Shown: positions 14,837 through 24,071 of the stretch, piece after piece
Numbering within the stretch: the stretch's first letter is position 1
Layout: each line of letters begins with the position of its first letter
Assembly (NCBI RefSeq): GCF_000009045.1
Contig: NC_000964.3
Span: 1,620,001-1,652,000 of the forward strand
Direction of reading: 5' to 3'
Length of the DNA stretch: 32,000 nt
Source: Bacillus subtilis subsp. subtilis str. 168
GTDB lineage: Bacteria > Bacillota > Bacilli > Bacillales > Bacillaceae
Translations under genes and position numbers: made by a program
Notes under the pieces: generated by a model
The model's database searches: none
The model's input: only the letters and a program-made list of their open reading frames with translations
Told to the model about the DNA's origin: nothing

Positions 14837-15622
14837 ATGAAACAAGCAATTTTATATGTCGGCCACGGCAGCCGGGTCAAAAAAGCGCAGCAAGAAGCCG
14901 CAGCCTTTTTGGAAGGATGCAAGGCCCACATCTCTGTGCCAGTACAAGAAATCAGCTTTTTAGAGCTTCAGGAGCCGACAATTGAGACAGGATTTGAAGC
15001 ATGTGTGAAGCAAGGTGCCACTCATATCGCAGTGGTGCCTCTGCTTCTTTTAACAGCTGCGCATGCAAAACATGATATTCCGGAAGAAATTGTCCGTGTT
15101 GCATCTCGATATCCATCAGTCCGTATTTCATACGGAAAGCCGATCGGGATTGACGAAGAAGTAGTCAAGGCTGTATATCACCGAATGAAAGACATAGGTG
15201 TTCCGTATGAAAATGCCAGAGTGGTGCTCATCGGAAGGGGAAGTTCAGATCCAGACGTCAAAAGAGACGTAACCGGAATTGCTAATCTTCTTCAGGAAAT
15301 GGTTCCAGTGAAGGAAGTCATTCCGTGCTTTTTGACAGCATGCGGCCCTAATTACAAAGAGGTTTTTTCAGAACTTGAAAAAGATGACGGCATAACAACC
15401 TTTATCGTTCCATATTTGCTTTTTACGGGTATGCTGATGAATGAAATCGAACGAGAGGTTCAGAAATTAAAAGCCCATAATCCGAACGTCTACCTCTCTT
15501 CCTATATCGGTTTTCATCCTCATGTGAAAAACGCATTTTTGAACCGTGTGAGAGAAACTGCGGCAAATTCTGAGGGACAATTTGATTTTGATGGAGGTTC
15601 ATATGCTTCCGCTGCACATTAG
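14837..15622 (+). CDS. sirB: Sirohydrochlorin ferrochelatase (CbiX-like)
   Basis: 261-aa ORF with the N-terminal VGHGSR motif and a two-domain CbiX/SirB-like layout. It starts 2 nt after the sumT stop. This is ylnE in the older nomenclature. Confidence 0.9.
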   Translation: MKQAILYVGHGSRVKKAQQEAAAFLEGCKAHISVPVQEISFLELQEPTIETGFEACVKQGATHIAVVPLLLLTAAHAKHDIPEEIVRVASRYPSVRISYGKPIGIDEEVVKAVYHRMKDIGVPYENARVVLIGRGSSDPDVKRDVTGIANLLQEMVPVKEVIPCFLTACGPNYKEVFSELEKDDGITTFIVPYLLFTGMLMNEIEREVQKLKAHNPNVYLSSYIGFHPHVKNAFLNRVRETAANSEGQFDFDGGSYASAAH

Positions 15623-16091
15623 CCTGGAAAAGAAGAAGGTTGTGATTGCGGGGGGCGGAAGCATCGCTCTCAGAAGGCTGAAAACGGTGATTTCTGAGGG
15701 AGCTGATATAACGCTTGTCAGTCCGGATGTGGAACCGGAAATCAAGCAAATGGCAGAAGAGCGGCGTATCAAATGGGAAAAACGGACAATTGAAAAAGAA
15801 GATTATCTCAATGCTTTCTTCATTATTGCTGCGACGGATAATGCGGCAGTGAACAAAGAAATTGCCCAATCCGCTTCGCCTTTTCAGCTTGTCAATTGTG
15901 TCAGTGACGCTGAGCTTGGCAATGTATATATGCCGAAAATCGTAAAAAGAGGGCATGTCACTGTGTCTGTTTCTACAAGCGGAGCCAGTCCAAAGCACAC
16001 GAAAGAGCTTGCTGAAAACGTGGATAAGCTGATTGACGGCGATTTTGTTGCTGAAGTGAACAGGCTTTATCAGATGAGAAGAAAGAAATAA
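15603..16091 (+). CDS. sirC: Precorrin-2 dehydrogenase
   Basis: The ATG at 15603 follows GGAGG (15593-15597) and gives 162 aa (MLPLHISLEKKKVVIAGGGSIALRR, a Rossmann motif). The ORF-track start at 15582 is an over-extension. This is ylnF in the older nomenclature. Confidence 0.9.
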   Translation: MLPLHISLEKKKVVIAGGGSIALRRLKTVISEGADITLVSPDVEPEIKQMAEERRIKWEKRTIEKEDYLNAFFIIAATDNAAVNKEIAQSASPFQLVNCVSDAELGNVYMPKIVKRGHVTVSVSTSGASPKHTKELAENVDKLIDGDFVAEVNRLYQMRRKK

Positions 16092-16120
16092 GCCAGAGCA
16101 TACAAATGCTCTGGCTTTTC
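16091..16120. terminator. Bidirectional intrinsic terminator shared by the cysH operon (+) and rqcH (-)
   Basis: An 11-bp perfect stem, AGCCAGAGCAT (16091-16101) with ATGCTCTGGCT (16106-16116), encloses the loop ACAA. T-rich tracts follow it on both strands, and it lies between convergent stop codons. Confidence 0.9.
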
Positions 16121-16130
16121 TTTATGCGGC

Positions 16131-17843
16131 TCAGCTTTTTTTGAGCTTGATGACAGTATCAGCATCAGGCGTGACAAAGACGGTATGCTGGCTGTCATAA
16201 GTGACGAAACCGGGTTTCGCGCCGTTTGGTTTTTTGACATGCCTGATTTTTGTATAATCTACAGGCACTGAACTTGAATCTTTAGCTTTTGAAAAATAAG
16301 CTGCAATTGTCGCGGCTTCCATGATTGTTTGCTCATCAGGTTCGCTGCTTCTGATCACAACGTGGGAGCCGGGAATGTCCTTCGTGTGAAGCCAGATATC
16401 GTCTCTGGCCGCCACTCTTGTCGTTAAATATTCATTTTGACGATTGTTCTTACCCACTAAAATTGTCAGCCCTGAGGTGGATTCATATGTTTCTAACACC
16501 GGATTGTGCGGTTTTTGCTTTTTCTGGCCTTTTTGCTGCTTAGGGCGTAAATATTTGCCCTCAACAAGCTCTTCCCTGATTTCGCTGATATCCCGGGGAG
16601 AAGCGGACGAAAGCTGCTGAATCAGCTGATCAAAATATTCGATCTCTTCCTGTGCCAGCCTGATTTGCTCCTCGACAACTGCGACCGAATTTTTCGCTTT
16701 CTGATACTTCGTGAAATAGGCCTGTGCGTTTTCAGAAGGCGTTTTGTTCGGGTTTAAAGGAATCGTGATTGTCGGGCTTTCTTCATCATAATAATTGATG
16801 ACCTCAGCCTGTTTATCACCTTTTTTCAGCATATATAAATTAGCGGTTAAAAGCTCTCCGTAAAGCTGAAATTCCTTCGCGTTTTCCGAATACTCCAGGG
16901 TTTTCTCTAATTTTTTGATTTTGTTGGCATTCTTCTTCCGTTCGTTCACAACAAAACGCTCAAGATCCTGAGCCTGTTGCTTAACCCGGTCTCGTTCAGC
17001 TTTTCCGAAATAAAAACGGTCGAGCAGTTCGCTTAATGAATCAAAACGGCGCGCTTCGCCCTTTAGATGAGTCAGCTCCAGCAGATAAAAATATTCCTTT
17101 CCGTTTACAGTCGTAATGTTGGGAATGAAACGGTGCTCTTTCACTTCGGCAAACAGTGCCAGCAACGCTTTTGGCAGTGTGACTTTGTTGGCAAGGCCTG
17201 CTCTGTGAACCGCTTCTTTGGCGAAAAGCGGAGACACGCCTGAAAAGTGGTCGACAATTTGTTTATCAAGCCTTCCTTCTTGAAAGCTGAGGTGACGCAA
17301 AATATCATCTTCTGACGCCTCAAGAGGCGATATTTTGTCCTGAGCAGGCGGAAGCTTATAATCTTGGCCGGGCAGTACTGTACGGTAGCTGTTCATTGAC
17401 GGTGATAAATGCTTAAGTCCGTCGATAATCACATTTTCTGCTGCGTCAGTCAAAATGATATTGCTGTGGCGGCCCATAATTTCTACATAAAGCTTTCGTA
17501 CGGTTTCATCGCCAATTTCGTTTCGGCTTTTGATATGAAAAATCATAATGCGGTCTAAGCCCGCTTGTTCAATTTTCTCAATGAATCCGCCTTCGATATG
17601 CTTTCTCAGCAACATGCAAAACATTGGCGGTTCGCTTGGATTTTCATAAGCTTGTGCCGTGATATGCACCCGTGAATAGCTCGGATGTGCCGATAATAAT
17701 AGTTTTTGGTTTTTTCCCTTGGCACGGATGTGGAAAATCACATCGTGCTTATATGGCTGATGGATTTTTGTAATTCGTCCGCCCATTATTTTCTCGTTAA
17801 GTTCGTGTGTCATTCCGTATGTAAACATGCCATCAAACGACAT
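16131..17843 (-). CDS. rqcH: Ribosome-associated quality control protein RqcH (NFACT / FbpA family; formerly yloA)
   Basis: The start is the third codon of the ORF-track ORF ([11 protein letters not shown]..., 570 aa). The SD GAGGGTG lies 8-9 nt upstream of it, and this start puts the conserved Asp-Arg pair at D97-R98 (17550-17555). It has an NFACT-N domain, a long coiled coil and NFACT-R ([16 protein letters not shown]). Confidence 0.93.
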   Translation of the reverse strand: MSFDGMFTYGMTHELNEKIMGGRITKIHQPYKHDVIFHIRAKGKNQKLLLSAHPSYSRVHITAQAYENPSEPPMFCMLLRKHIEGGFIEKIEQAGLDRIMIFHIKSRNEIGDETVRKLYVEIMGRHSNIILTDAAENVIIDGLKHLSPSMNSYRTVLPGQDYKLPPAQDKISPLEASEDDILRHLSFQEGRLDKQIVDHFSGVSPLFAKEAVHRAGLANKVTLPKALLALFAEVKEHRFIPNITTVNGKEYFYLLELTHLKGEARRFDSLSELLDRFYFGKAERDRVKQQAQDLERFVVNERKKNANKIKKLEKTLEYSENAKEFQLYGELLTANLYMLKKGDKQAEVINYYDEESPTITIPLNPNKTPSENAQAYFTKYQKAKNSVAVVEEQIRLAQEEIEYFDQLIQQLSSASPRDISEIREELVEGKYLRPKQQKGQKKQKPHNPVLETYESTSGLTILVGKNNRQNEYLTTRVAARDDIWLHTKDIPGSHVVIRSSEPDEQTIMEAATIAAYFSKAKDSSSVPVDYTKIRHVKKPNGAKPGFVTYDSQHTVFVTPDADTVIKLKKS

Positions 17844-17879
17844 ATGCAATACACCCTCTCATTCTTCCTGCATTCGATA

Positions 17880-17908
17880 ATTATAGCATGAAATGGGACG
17901 AGTCAGAA
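17880..17908 (-). promoter_or_regulatory. Candidate sigma-A promoter for rqcH (extended -10)
   Basis: The minus strand reads TGCTATAAT (plus-strand coordinates 17880-17888). A weak -35, TTCTGA, lies at 17903-17908 with a 17-nt spacer. Confidence 0.4.
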
Positions 17909-17916
17909 TAAGCATG

Positions 17917-17940
17917 CTTATAGAGTGATATCTCTATAAG
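17917..17940. repeat. Perfect 9-bp inverted repeat CTTATAGAG-N6-CTCTATAAG upstream of yloB
   Basis: Read directly from the sequence: 17917-17925 and 17932-17940 are exact reverse complements, with the spacer TGATAT. It ends 6 nt before the yloB SD (GGGGAG). Its function is unknown. Confidence 0.9.
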
Positions 17941-17964
17941 AGAGCAGGGGAGTGGACGAGCGGA

Positions 17965-20637
17965 ATGAAGTTTCATGAAATGGGACAAACAGATTTACTA
18001 GAGGCAACCAATACGTCCATGAAACAAGGATTAACAGAAAAAGAGGTAAAAAAACGCCTTGACAAGCATGGACCAAACGAGCTGCAAGAAGGGAAAAAAA
18101 CTTCAGCGCTTCTCTTGTTTTTCGCGCAGTTCAAAGATTTTATGGTGCTTGTGCTTCTGGCGGCAACGTTAATCTCAGGATTTCTTGGTGAATATGTAGA
18201 TGCGGTTGCGATTATTGCGATTGTGTTTGTGAATGGCATACTCGGTTTCTTTCAAGAAAGGCGTGCTGAGCAATCTCTTCAGGCTTTAAAAGAGCTTTCA
18301 ACACCGCACGTCATGGCACTCAGGGAAGGAAGCTGGACAAAGATTCCTTCTAAGGAACTGGTGCCGGGTGATATTGTGAAATTTACGAGCGGGGACAGAA
18401 TTGGCGCAGACGTTCGAATTGTTGAAGCGAGAAGCCTTGAAATAGAAGAATCAGCGCTAACCGGGGAATCAATCCCGGTTGTGAAGCATGCTGATAAATT
18501 GAAAAAACCGGATGTTTCACTCGGCGATATTACCAATATGGCATTTATGGGTACGATTGTGACCCGCGGCAGCGGTGTCGGGGTTGTCGTCGGGACAGGA
18601 ATGAATACGGCTATGGGGAAAATTGCCGACATGCTTGAATCGGCAGGGACATTGTCAACCCCGCTGCAAAGAAGACTGGAGCAGCTCGGGAAGATTTTGA
18701 TTGTTGTTGCATTGCTTCTGACCGTACTTGTCGTTGCTGTCGGTGTTATTCAGGGTCATGATCTGTACAGTATGTTTTTAGCAGGTGTCTCGTTAGCGGT
18801 AGCCGCTATTCCGGAGGGGCTGCCGGCGATTGTGACAGTGGCGCTTTCGCTTGGTGTACAGAGGATGATTAAACAAAAATCCATTGTTAGAAAGCTTCCT
18901 GCTGTTGAAACGCTTGGGTGTGCGTCTATCATTTGCTCAGATAAAACAGGGACAATGACCCAAAACAAAATGACAGTGACGCATGTCTGGTCCGGAGGGA
19001 AAACATGGAGAGTGGCAGGGGCCGGCTATGAACCGAAAGGAAGCTTCACACTAAACGAAAAAGAGATCAGTGTCAATGAACATAAGCCGCTTCAGCAGAT
19101 GCTTCTGTTCGGAGCGCTTTGTAACAACTCCAATATTGAGAAAAGAGACGGCGAATATGTGCTTGACGGAGATCCGACAGAGGGAGCGCTGCTCACCGCG
19201 GCAAGAAAAGGCGGTTTTTCAAAGGAGTTTGTTGAATCTAATTACAGAGTGATTGAAGAATTTCCGTTTGATTCCGCACGGAAAATGATGACTGTCATCG
19301 TAGAGAATCAAGACAGAAAGCGCTATATCATTACAAAAGGTGCGCCGGATGTACTCATGCAGCGATCTTCCCGTATTTATTATGATGGCTCAGCGGCTCT
19401 TTTTTCAAATGAAAGAAAAGCAGAAACAGAGGCGGTATTAAGACATTTGGCATCACAGGCGCTCAGAACGATAGCGGTCGCCTACAGGCCGATAAAAGCA
19501 GGCGAAACACCGTCAATGGAGCAGGCGGAAAAAGATCTGACCATGCTTGGCCTTTCAGGTATCATTGATCCCCCGCGGCCGGAAGTCAGACAGGCGATTA
19601 AAGAATGCCGTGAAGCGGGAATTAAGACCGTCATGATTACAGGTGATCATGTAGAAACCGCTAAAGCGATAGCGAAAGACTTGCGCCTCCTTCCGAAAAG
19701 CGGCAAAATCATGGACGGCAAGATGCTGAATGAACTTTCTCAAGAAGAGCTTTCTCATGTGGTGGAGGATGTGTATGTATTTGCCCGCGTTTCCCCTGAA
19801 CATAAACTAAAAATCGTAAAAGCCTATCAGGAGAACGGGCATATTGTGGCGATGACGGGAGACGGCGTCAATGATGCTCCTGCCATTAAACAGGCTGATA
19901 TCGGCGTCTCTATGGGCATTACCGGGACAGATGTGGCCAAAGAAGCATCATCTCTTGTTCTCGTGGATGATAATTTTGCGACGATTAAATCAGCGATAAA
20001 AGAAGGCAGGAACATCTACGAAAATATCAGGAAGTTTATCAGATACCTGTTGGCGTCTAACGTCGGAGAAATCCTTGTCATGCTGTTTGCGATGCTGCTT
20101 GCCCTTCCTTTACCGCTGGTTCCGATTCAGATTTTGTGGGTCAACTTGGTGACGGACGGATTGCCGGCAATGGCGCTCGGCATGGATCAGCCGGAAGGAG
20201 ACGTCATGAAGCGCAAGCCCCGTCATCCGAAAGAAGGGGTATTTGCCCGCAAGCTAGGATGGAAGGTCGTTTCCAGAGGATTTTTAATCGGAGTTGCCAC
20301 TATTTTAGCGTTTATCATTGTGTACCACCGCAATCCGGAAAACTTGGCTTATGCCCAGACGATCGCGTTTGCCACATTGGTGCTCGCTCAGCTTATTCAC
20401 GTGTTTGACTGCCGCAGCGAAACTTCTGTTTTCTCTAGAAATCCGTTTCAAAACCTGTATTTAATCGGCGCGGTATTGTCATCCATTTTGCTGATGCTTG
20501 TAGTAATCTACTATCCGCCGCTTCAGCCGATTTTCCATACTGTAGCCATCACGCCGGGGGACTGGATGCTCGTCATCGGTATGTCCGCCATCCCTACTTT
20601 TTTGCTGGCGGGGTCACTTTTAACAAGAAAAAAATAA
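17965..20637 (+). CDS. yloB: P-type (type IIA, SERCA-like) calcium-transporting ATPase
   Basis: 890-aa ORF with TGES, the phosphorylation motif DKTGT (18940-18954), the hinge [17 protein letters not shown], and about 10 predicted TM segments. Confidence 0.95.
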   Translation: MKFHEMGQTDLLEATNTSMKQGLTEKEVKKRLDKHGPNELQEGKKTSALLLFFAQFKDFMVLVLLAATLISGFLGEYVDAVAIIAIVFVNGILGFFQERRAEQSLQALKELSTPHVMALREGSWTKIPSKELVPGDIVKFTSGDRIGADVRIVEARSLEIEESALTGESIPVVKHADKLKKPDVSLGDITNMAFMGTIVTRGSGVGVVVGTGMNTAMGKIADMLESAGTLSTPLQRRLEQLGKILIVVALLLTVLVVAVGVIQGHDLYSMFLAGVSLAVAAIPEGLPAIVTVALSLGVQRMIKQKSIVRKLPAVETLGCASIICSDKTGTMTQNKMTVTHVWSGGKTWRVAGAGYEPKGSFTLNEKEISVNEHKPLQQMLLFGALCNNSNIEKRDGEYVLDGDPTEGALLTAARKGGFSKEFVESNYRVIEEFPFDSARKMMTVIVENQDRKRYIITKGAPDVLMQRSSRIYYDGSAALFSNERKAETEAVLRHLASQALRTIAVAYRPIKAGETPSMEQAEKDLTMLGLSGIIDPPRPEVRQAIKECREAGIKTVMITGDHVETAKAIAKDLRLLPKSGKIMDGKMLNELSQEELSHVVEDVYVFARVSPEHKLKIVKAYQENGHIVAMTGDGVNDAPAIKQADIGVSMGITGTDVAKEASSLVLVDDNFATIKSAIKEGRNIYENIRKFIRYLLASNVGEILVMLFAMLLALPLPLVPIQILWVNLVTDGLPAMALGMDQPEGDVMKRKPRHPKEGVFARKLGWKVVSRGFLIGVATILAFIIVYHRNPENLAYAQTIAFATLVLAQLIHVFDCRSETSVFSRNPFQNLYLIGAVLSSILLMLVVIYYPPLQPIFHTVAITPGDWMLVIGMSAIPTFLLAGSLLTRKK

Positions 20638-20644
20638 ATTCATA

Positions 20645-20653
20645 TGATATAAT
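20645..20653 (+). promoter_or_regulatory. Promoter-like extended -10 (TGaTATAAT) between yloB and yloC
   Basis: A perfect TATAAT with an upstream TG lies at 20645-20653. No good -35 is present at 17 nt. It sits immediately 5' of the yloB terminator hairpin. Confidence 0.35.
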
Positions 20654-20657
20654 CTTA

Positions 20658-20688
20658 GGGGTAATAGCGTGTCTATTGCCCTTTTATT
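20658..20688 (+). terminator. Intrinsic terminator after yloB
   Basis: GGGTAATAG (20659-20667) pairs with CTATTGCCC (20673-20681) with one G-T wobble. The loop is CGTGT, followed by TTTTATT. Confidence 0.8.
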
Positions 20689-20719
20689 ATGAGAACAGGG
20701 AAGAATTGGGTGTTTTAAA

Positions 20720-21595
20720 ATGATACGAAGTATGACAGGCTTCGGCAGTGCAAGCAAAACACAAGACGATCTCTCTGTAAGCGTTGAACTTAAATCTGTG
20801 AACTACAGATTTAAAGAAGTGAACGCTCGTTTGCCAAGGCCTTTGCTATATTTTGAAGATAAGCTGAAACAGACCATTCTGCAGCATATTCAGCGCGGAA
20901 GAATTGAGCTTTTCGTATCCGTTGACAGCGATATGCTTGTTGAGAAAAGGCTTGAAATTGATTGGCCGCTGCTCGATGAGTTTGTCGCAGCCGCGAGAGA
21001 TATGAAGAAGCGGTATCAATTGTCTGCAGAGCCCGATGTAATGGATTTCTTTAAGCTTGATCATGTCGTCCAGGTTCATGAAGAACAGACGCAAAATGAC
21101 AAGCTGGAGGCGTTGATCATCGATGCTGCAGAAGAAGCGGTAAAAGGTCTCTGTGAAATGCGTGAAAAAGAGGGGCTGCTCTTAGCGAAAGACTGCCTGA
21201 TGCATATTGATCAGCTTGAAGAGCTGGTGAGAGAAACTGAATTGCTGGCTGCAGATGTCGTATCTCGTTACCGGGAACGGCTGTATGCCAGAATCAAAGA
21301 ATGGACTGAAGACGTATTAGACGAGAGCCGGCTTGTAACAGAATGCGCTATTTTTGCAGACCGCTCTGATATCACTGAAGAGATTACAAGGCTGAAGAGC
21401 CACTTCGCCCAGTTTCGTGATATATTAGCTAGTGGCGGAGCTGTCGGGCGCAAACTCGACTTTCTTGTTCAGGAGCTCAATCGGGAAGCAAATACGATCG
21501 GCTCAAAAGCAAATGATCATCAGATCACAAAGCTTGTCGTTGAAATGAAAAGTTCTATTGAAAAAATAAAAGAACAAGTGCAAAATATAGAATAG
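20720..21595 (+). CDS. yloC: YicC-family protein (endoribonuclease YloC)
   Basis: 291-aa ORF with a YicC-like N-terminus (MTGFG...) and a DUF1732-like C-terminus (LVQELNREANTIGSKAN). Confidence 0.9.
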   Translation: MIRSMTGFGSASKTQDDLSVSVELKSVNYRFKEVNARLPRPLLYFEDKLKQTILQHIQRGRIELFVSVDSDMLVEKRLEIDWPLLDEFVAAARDMKKRYQLSAEPDVMDFFKLDHVVQVHEEQTQNDKLEALIIDAAEEAVKGLCEMREKEGLLLAKDCLMHIDQLEELVRETELLAADVVSRYRERLYARIKEWTEDVLDESRLVTECAIFADRSDITEEITRLKSHFAQFRDILASGGAVGRKLDFLVQELNREANTIGSKANDHQITKLVVEMKSSIEKIKEQVQNIE

Positions 21596-21615
21596 TGACT
21601 GTGCGTATTGTTTAC

Positions 21616-21648
21616 AGACGGTCTTACTAGGCTAAACTAGAGACGTCT
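21616..21648 (+). other. Imperfect hairpin in the yloC-remA spacer
   Basis: AGAC-g-GTCT-ta-CTAG / loop GCTAAA / CTAG-AGAC-GTCT gives about 12 bp with two bulges, followed only by ATTTT. It is flanked by the direct repeat TTTACAG (21611-21617 and 21651-21657). Confidence 0.5.
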
Positions 21649-21671
21649 ATTTTACAGGGGGAACGTAGAAG

Positions 21672-22563
<892 letters not shown>

Positions 22564-22566
22564 TCA

Positions 22567-22770
22567 ATGTTAGATCCGTCAATTGATTCTTTAATGAATA
22601 AATTAGATTCAAAATATACGCTGGTGACTGTTTCTGCGAGACGTGCCCGTGAAATGCAAATCAAAAAAGACCAAATGATTGAACATACGATTTCACACAA
22701 ATATGTAGGCAAAGCTTTAGAAGAAATTGATGCAGGCCTGCTTTCGTTTGAAAAGGAAGACCGCGAATAG
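22567..22770 (+). CDS. rpoZ: DNA-directed RNA polymerase omega subunit
   Basis: 67-aa ORF (..[16 protein letters not shown].., the omega signature) starting 3 nt after the gmk stop. Confidence 0.92.
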   Translation: MLDPSIDSLMNKLDSKYTLVTVSARRAREMQIKKDQMIEHTISHKYVGKALEEIDAGLLSFEKEDRE

Positions 22771-22782
22771 TAGCACAAGTAG

Positions 22783-22813
22783 CAACCTATATCATGTAGG
22801 TTGTTATTTTTTT
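22783..22813 (+). terminator. Intrinsic terminator after rpoZ
   Basis: CAACCTA (22783-22789) pairs with TAGGTTG (22797-22803) around a 7-nt loop, followed by TTATTTTTTT. Confidence 0.85.
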
Positions 22814-22850
22814 CCGTGCGGTTTTGTAAAGTGCAGAGGGGGAGAATTCA

Positions 22851-24071
22851 TTGCTTAACAATCGAAATGTGTTACTTTGCGTGAGTGGAGGCATCGCTGT
22901 TTATAAAGCCTGTGCGTTAACGAGCAAGCTGGTTCAGGCAGGAGCAAATGTCAAAGTGATTATGACTGAATCCGCTTGCCGATTCGTTTCACCGCTGACA
23001 TTTCAGGCATTGAGCCGCCACGAAGTCTATACAGATACATTTAAAGAACAAAATCCAAGCGTCATTTCTCATATTGATGCCGCAGACTGGGCCGACTTGA
23101 TTATCGTAGCGCCGGCTACGGCTAATGTGATTGGAAAACTGGCAAACGGCATCGCTGATGATATGCTGACGACAACATTGTTGGCAGCAACGGCTCCCGT
23201 TTGGATCGCGCCGGCAATGAACGTTCATATGTATGACCACCCGGCAGTCAAACGAAACATTTCTGTTCTTTATCAGGACGGTTATTGTTTTATTGAGCCA
23301 AGTGAGGGCTATTTAGCATGCGGTTACGTAGGAAAAGGCAGATTGGAAGAGCCGGAAAACATCGTAAAGCTGGCCGAAAAACATTTTGCTGAAGAAACAT
23401 CCGCTCCTTTAGAAGGCAAGCATGTGGTCATTACAGCCGGCCCAACGCGGGAAGCGATTGATCCTGTCCGGTTTTTTACCAATAAATCGACGGGCAAAAT
23501 GGGCTACGCACTGGCGGAGGCTGCTGTTCAGCTCGGCGCACGGGTAATCTTAATTTCTGGGCCTGTTTCACTTGATCAGCCTAAAGGCCTTGCTGAGTTT
23601 ATCCCTGTTCAATCGGCTGCGGATATGCGCGAAGCTGTGCTCTCTGTGTATGACGCAAGCGATATAGTCATTAAAACAGCTGCGGTAGCCGATTTTACGC
23701 CGAAAACAGTATTTGACCATAAAATGAAAAAACAAGACGGCGGCATGACCTTAGAACTGAAAAGAACAGTCGATATTTTGAAAGAATTGGGCGAGAAAAA
23801 GAAAGAGCAGATTTTGGTCGGATTTGCCGCCGAAACACAAGACATTGAACACTATGCACGTAAAAAGCTCGCCGCTAAAAACCTTGATTTGATTGTGGCA
23901 AATGATGTGAAAGCAAATGGGGCCGGTTTTGGTGCTGATACGAATATCGTGACAATCTTTTTCAAAGACGGGCATAAACGCGAACTCCCGATTATGTCTA
24001 AGCTCGATGTTTCTTTTGAAATCCTTCAGGAGATCGCAGCCCTCTCAAAACAAACCGGAGAGCGCTCATGA
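22851..24071 (+). CDS. coaBC: Bifunctional phosphopantothenoylcysteine decarboxylase / phosphopantothenate-cysteine ligase
   Basis: 406-aa ORF with a TTG start at 22851, preceded by GAGGGGGAG. The N-terminal flavoprotein domain has PATANVIGKLANGIADD, and the C-terminal CoaB domain has FTNKSTGKMG. Confidence 0.95.
   Translation: MLNNRNVLLCVSGGIAVYKACALTSKLVQAGANVKVIMTESACRFVSPLTFQALSRHEVYTDTFKEQNPSVISHIDAADWADLIIVAPATANVIGKLANGIADDMLTTTLLAATAPVWIAPAMNVHMYDHPAVKRNISVLYQDGYCFIEPSEGYLACGYVGKGRLEEPENIVKLAEKHFAEETSAPLEGKHVVITAGPTREAIDPVRFFTNKSTGKMGYALAEAAVQLGARVILISGPVSLDQPKGLAEFIPVQSAADMREAVLSVYDASDIVIKTAAVADFTPKTVFDHKMKKQDGGMTLELKRTVDILKELGEKKKEQILVGFAAETQDIEHYARKKLAAKNLDLIVANDVKANGAGFGADTNIVTIFFKDGHKRELPIMSKLDVSFEILQEIAALSKQTGERS

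Noticed and set aside
15423-15998. 191-aa minus-strand ORF antisense to sirB/sirC
   Set aside because: It lies entirely inside two well-supported + strand genes and has no SD upstream. Its composition is Arg/Ser/Phe/His-rich and low in complexity, as expected for the reverse frame of a real gene. This is a shadow ORF.
17886-17916. Two GCATG motifs (17886-17890, 17912-17916) as possible -35 boxes of a forespore sigma-F/G-type promoter for yloB
   Set aside because: The candidate -10-like elements are CAGAATA at 17904-17910 and CTATAAG at 17934-17940. They are either at the wrong spacing (13 nt) or do not match the CATnnTA-type consensus. I cannot support a call from sequence alone.
18279-18632. 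117-aa minus-strand ORF inside yloB, plus + strand out-of-frame ORFs at 19070-19252 and 20136-20408
   Set aside because: They are embedded in a P-type ATPase gene whose frame carries all the family motifs. The alternative frames have no RBS and no recognisable features.
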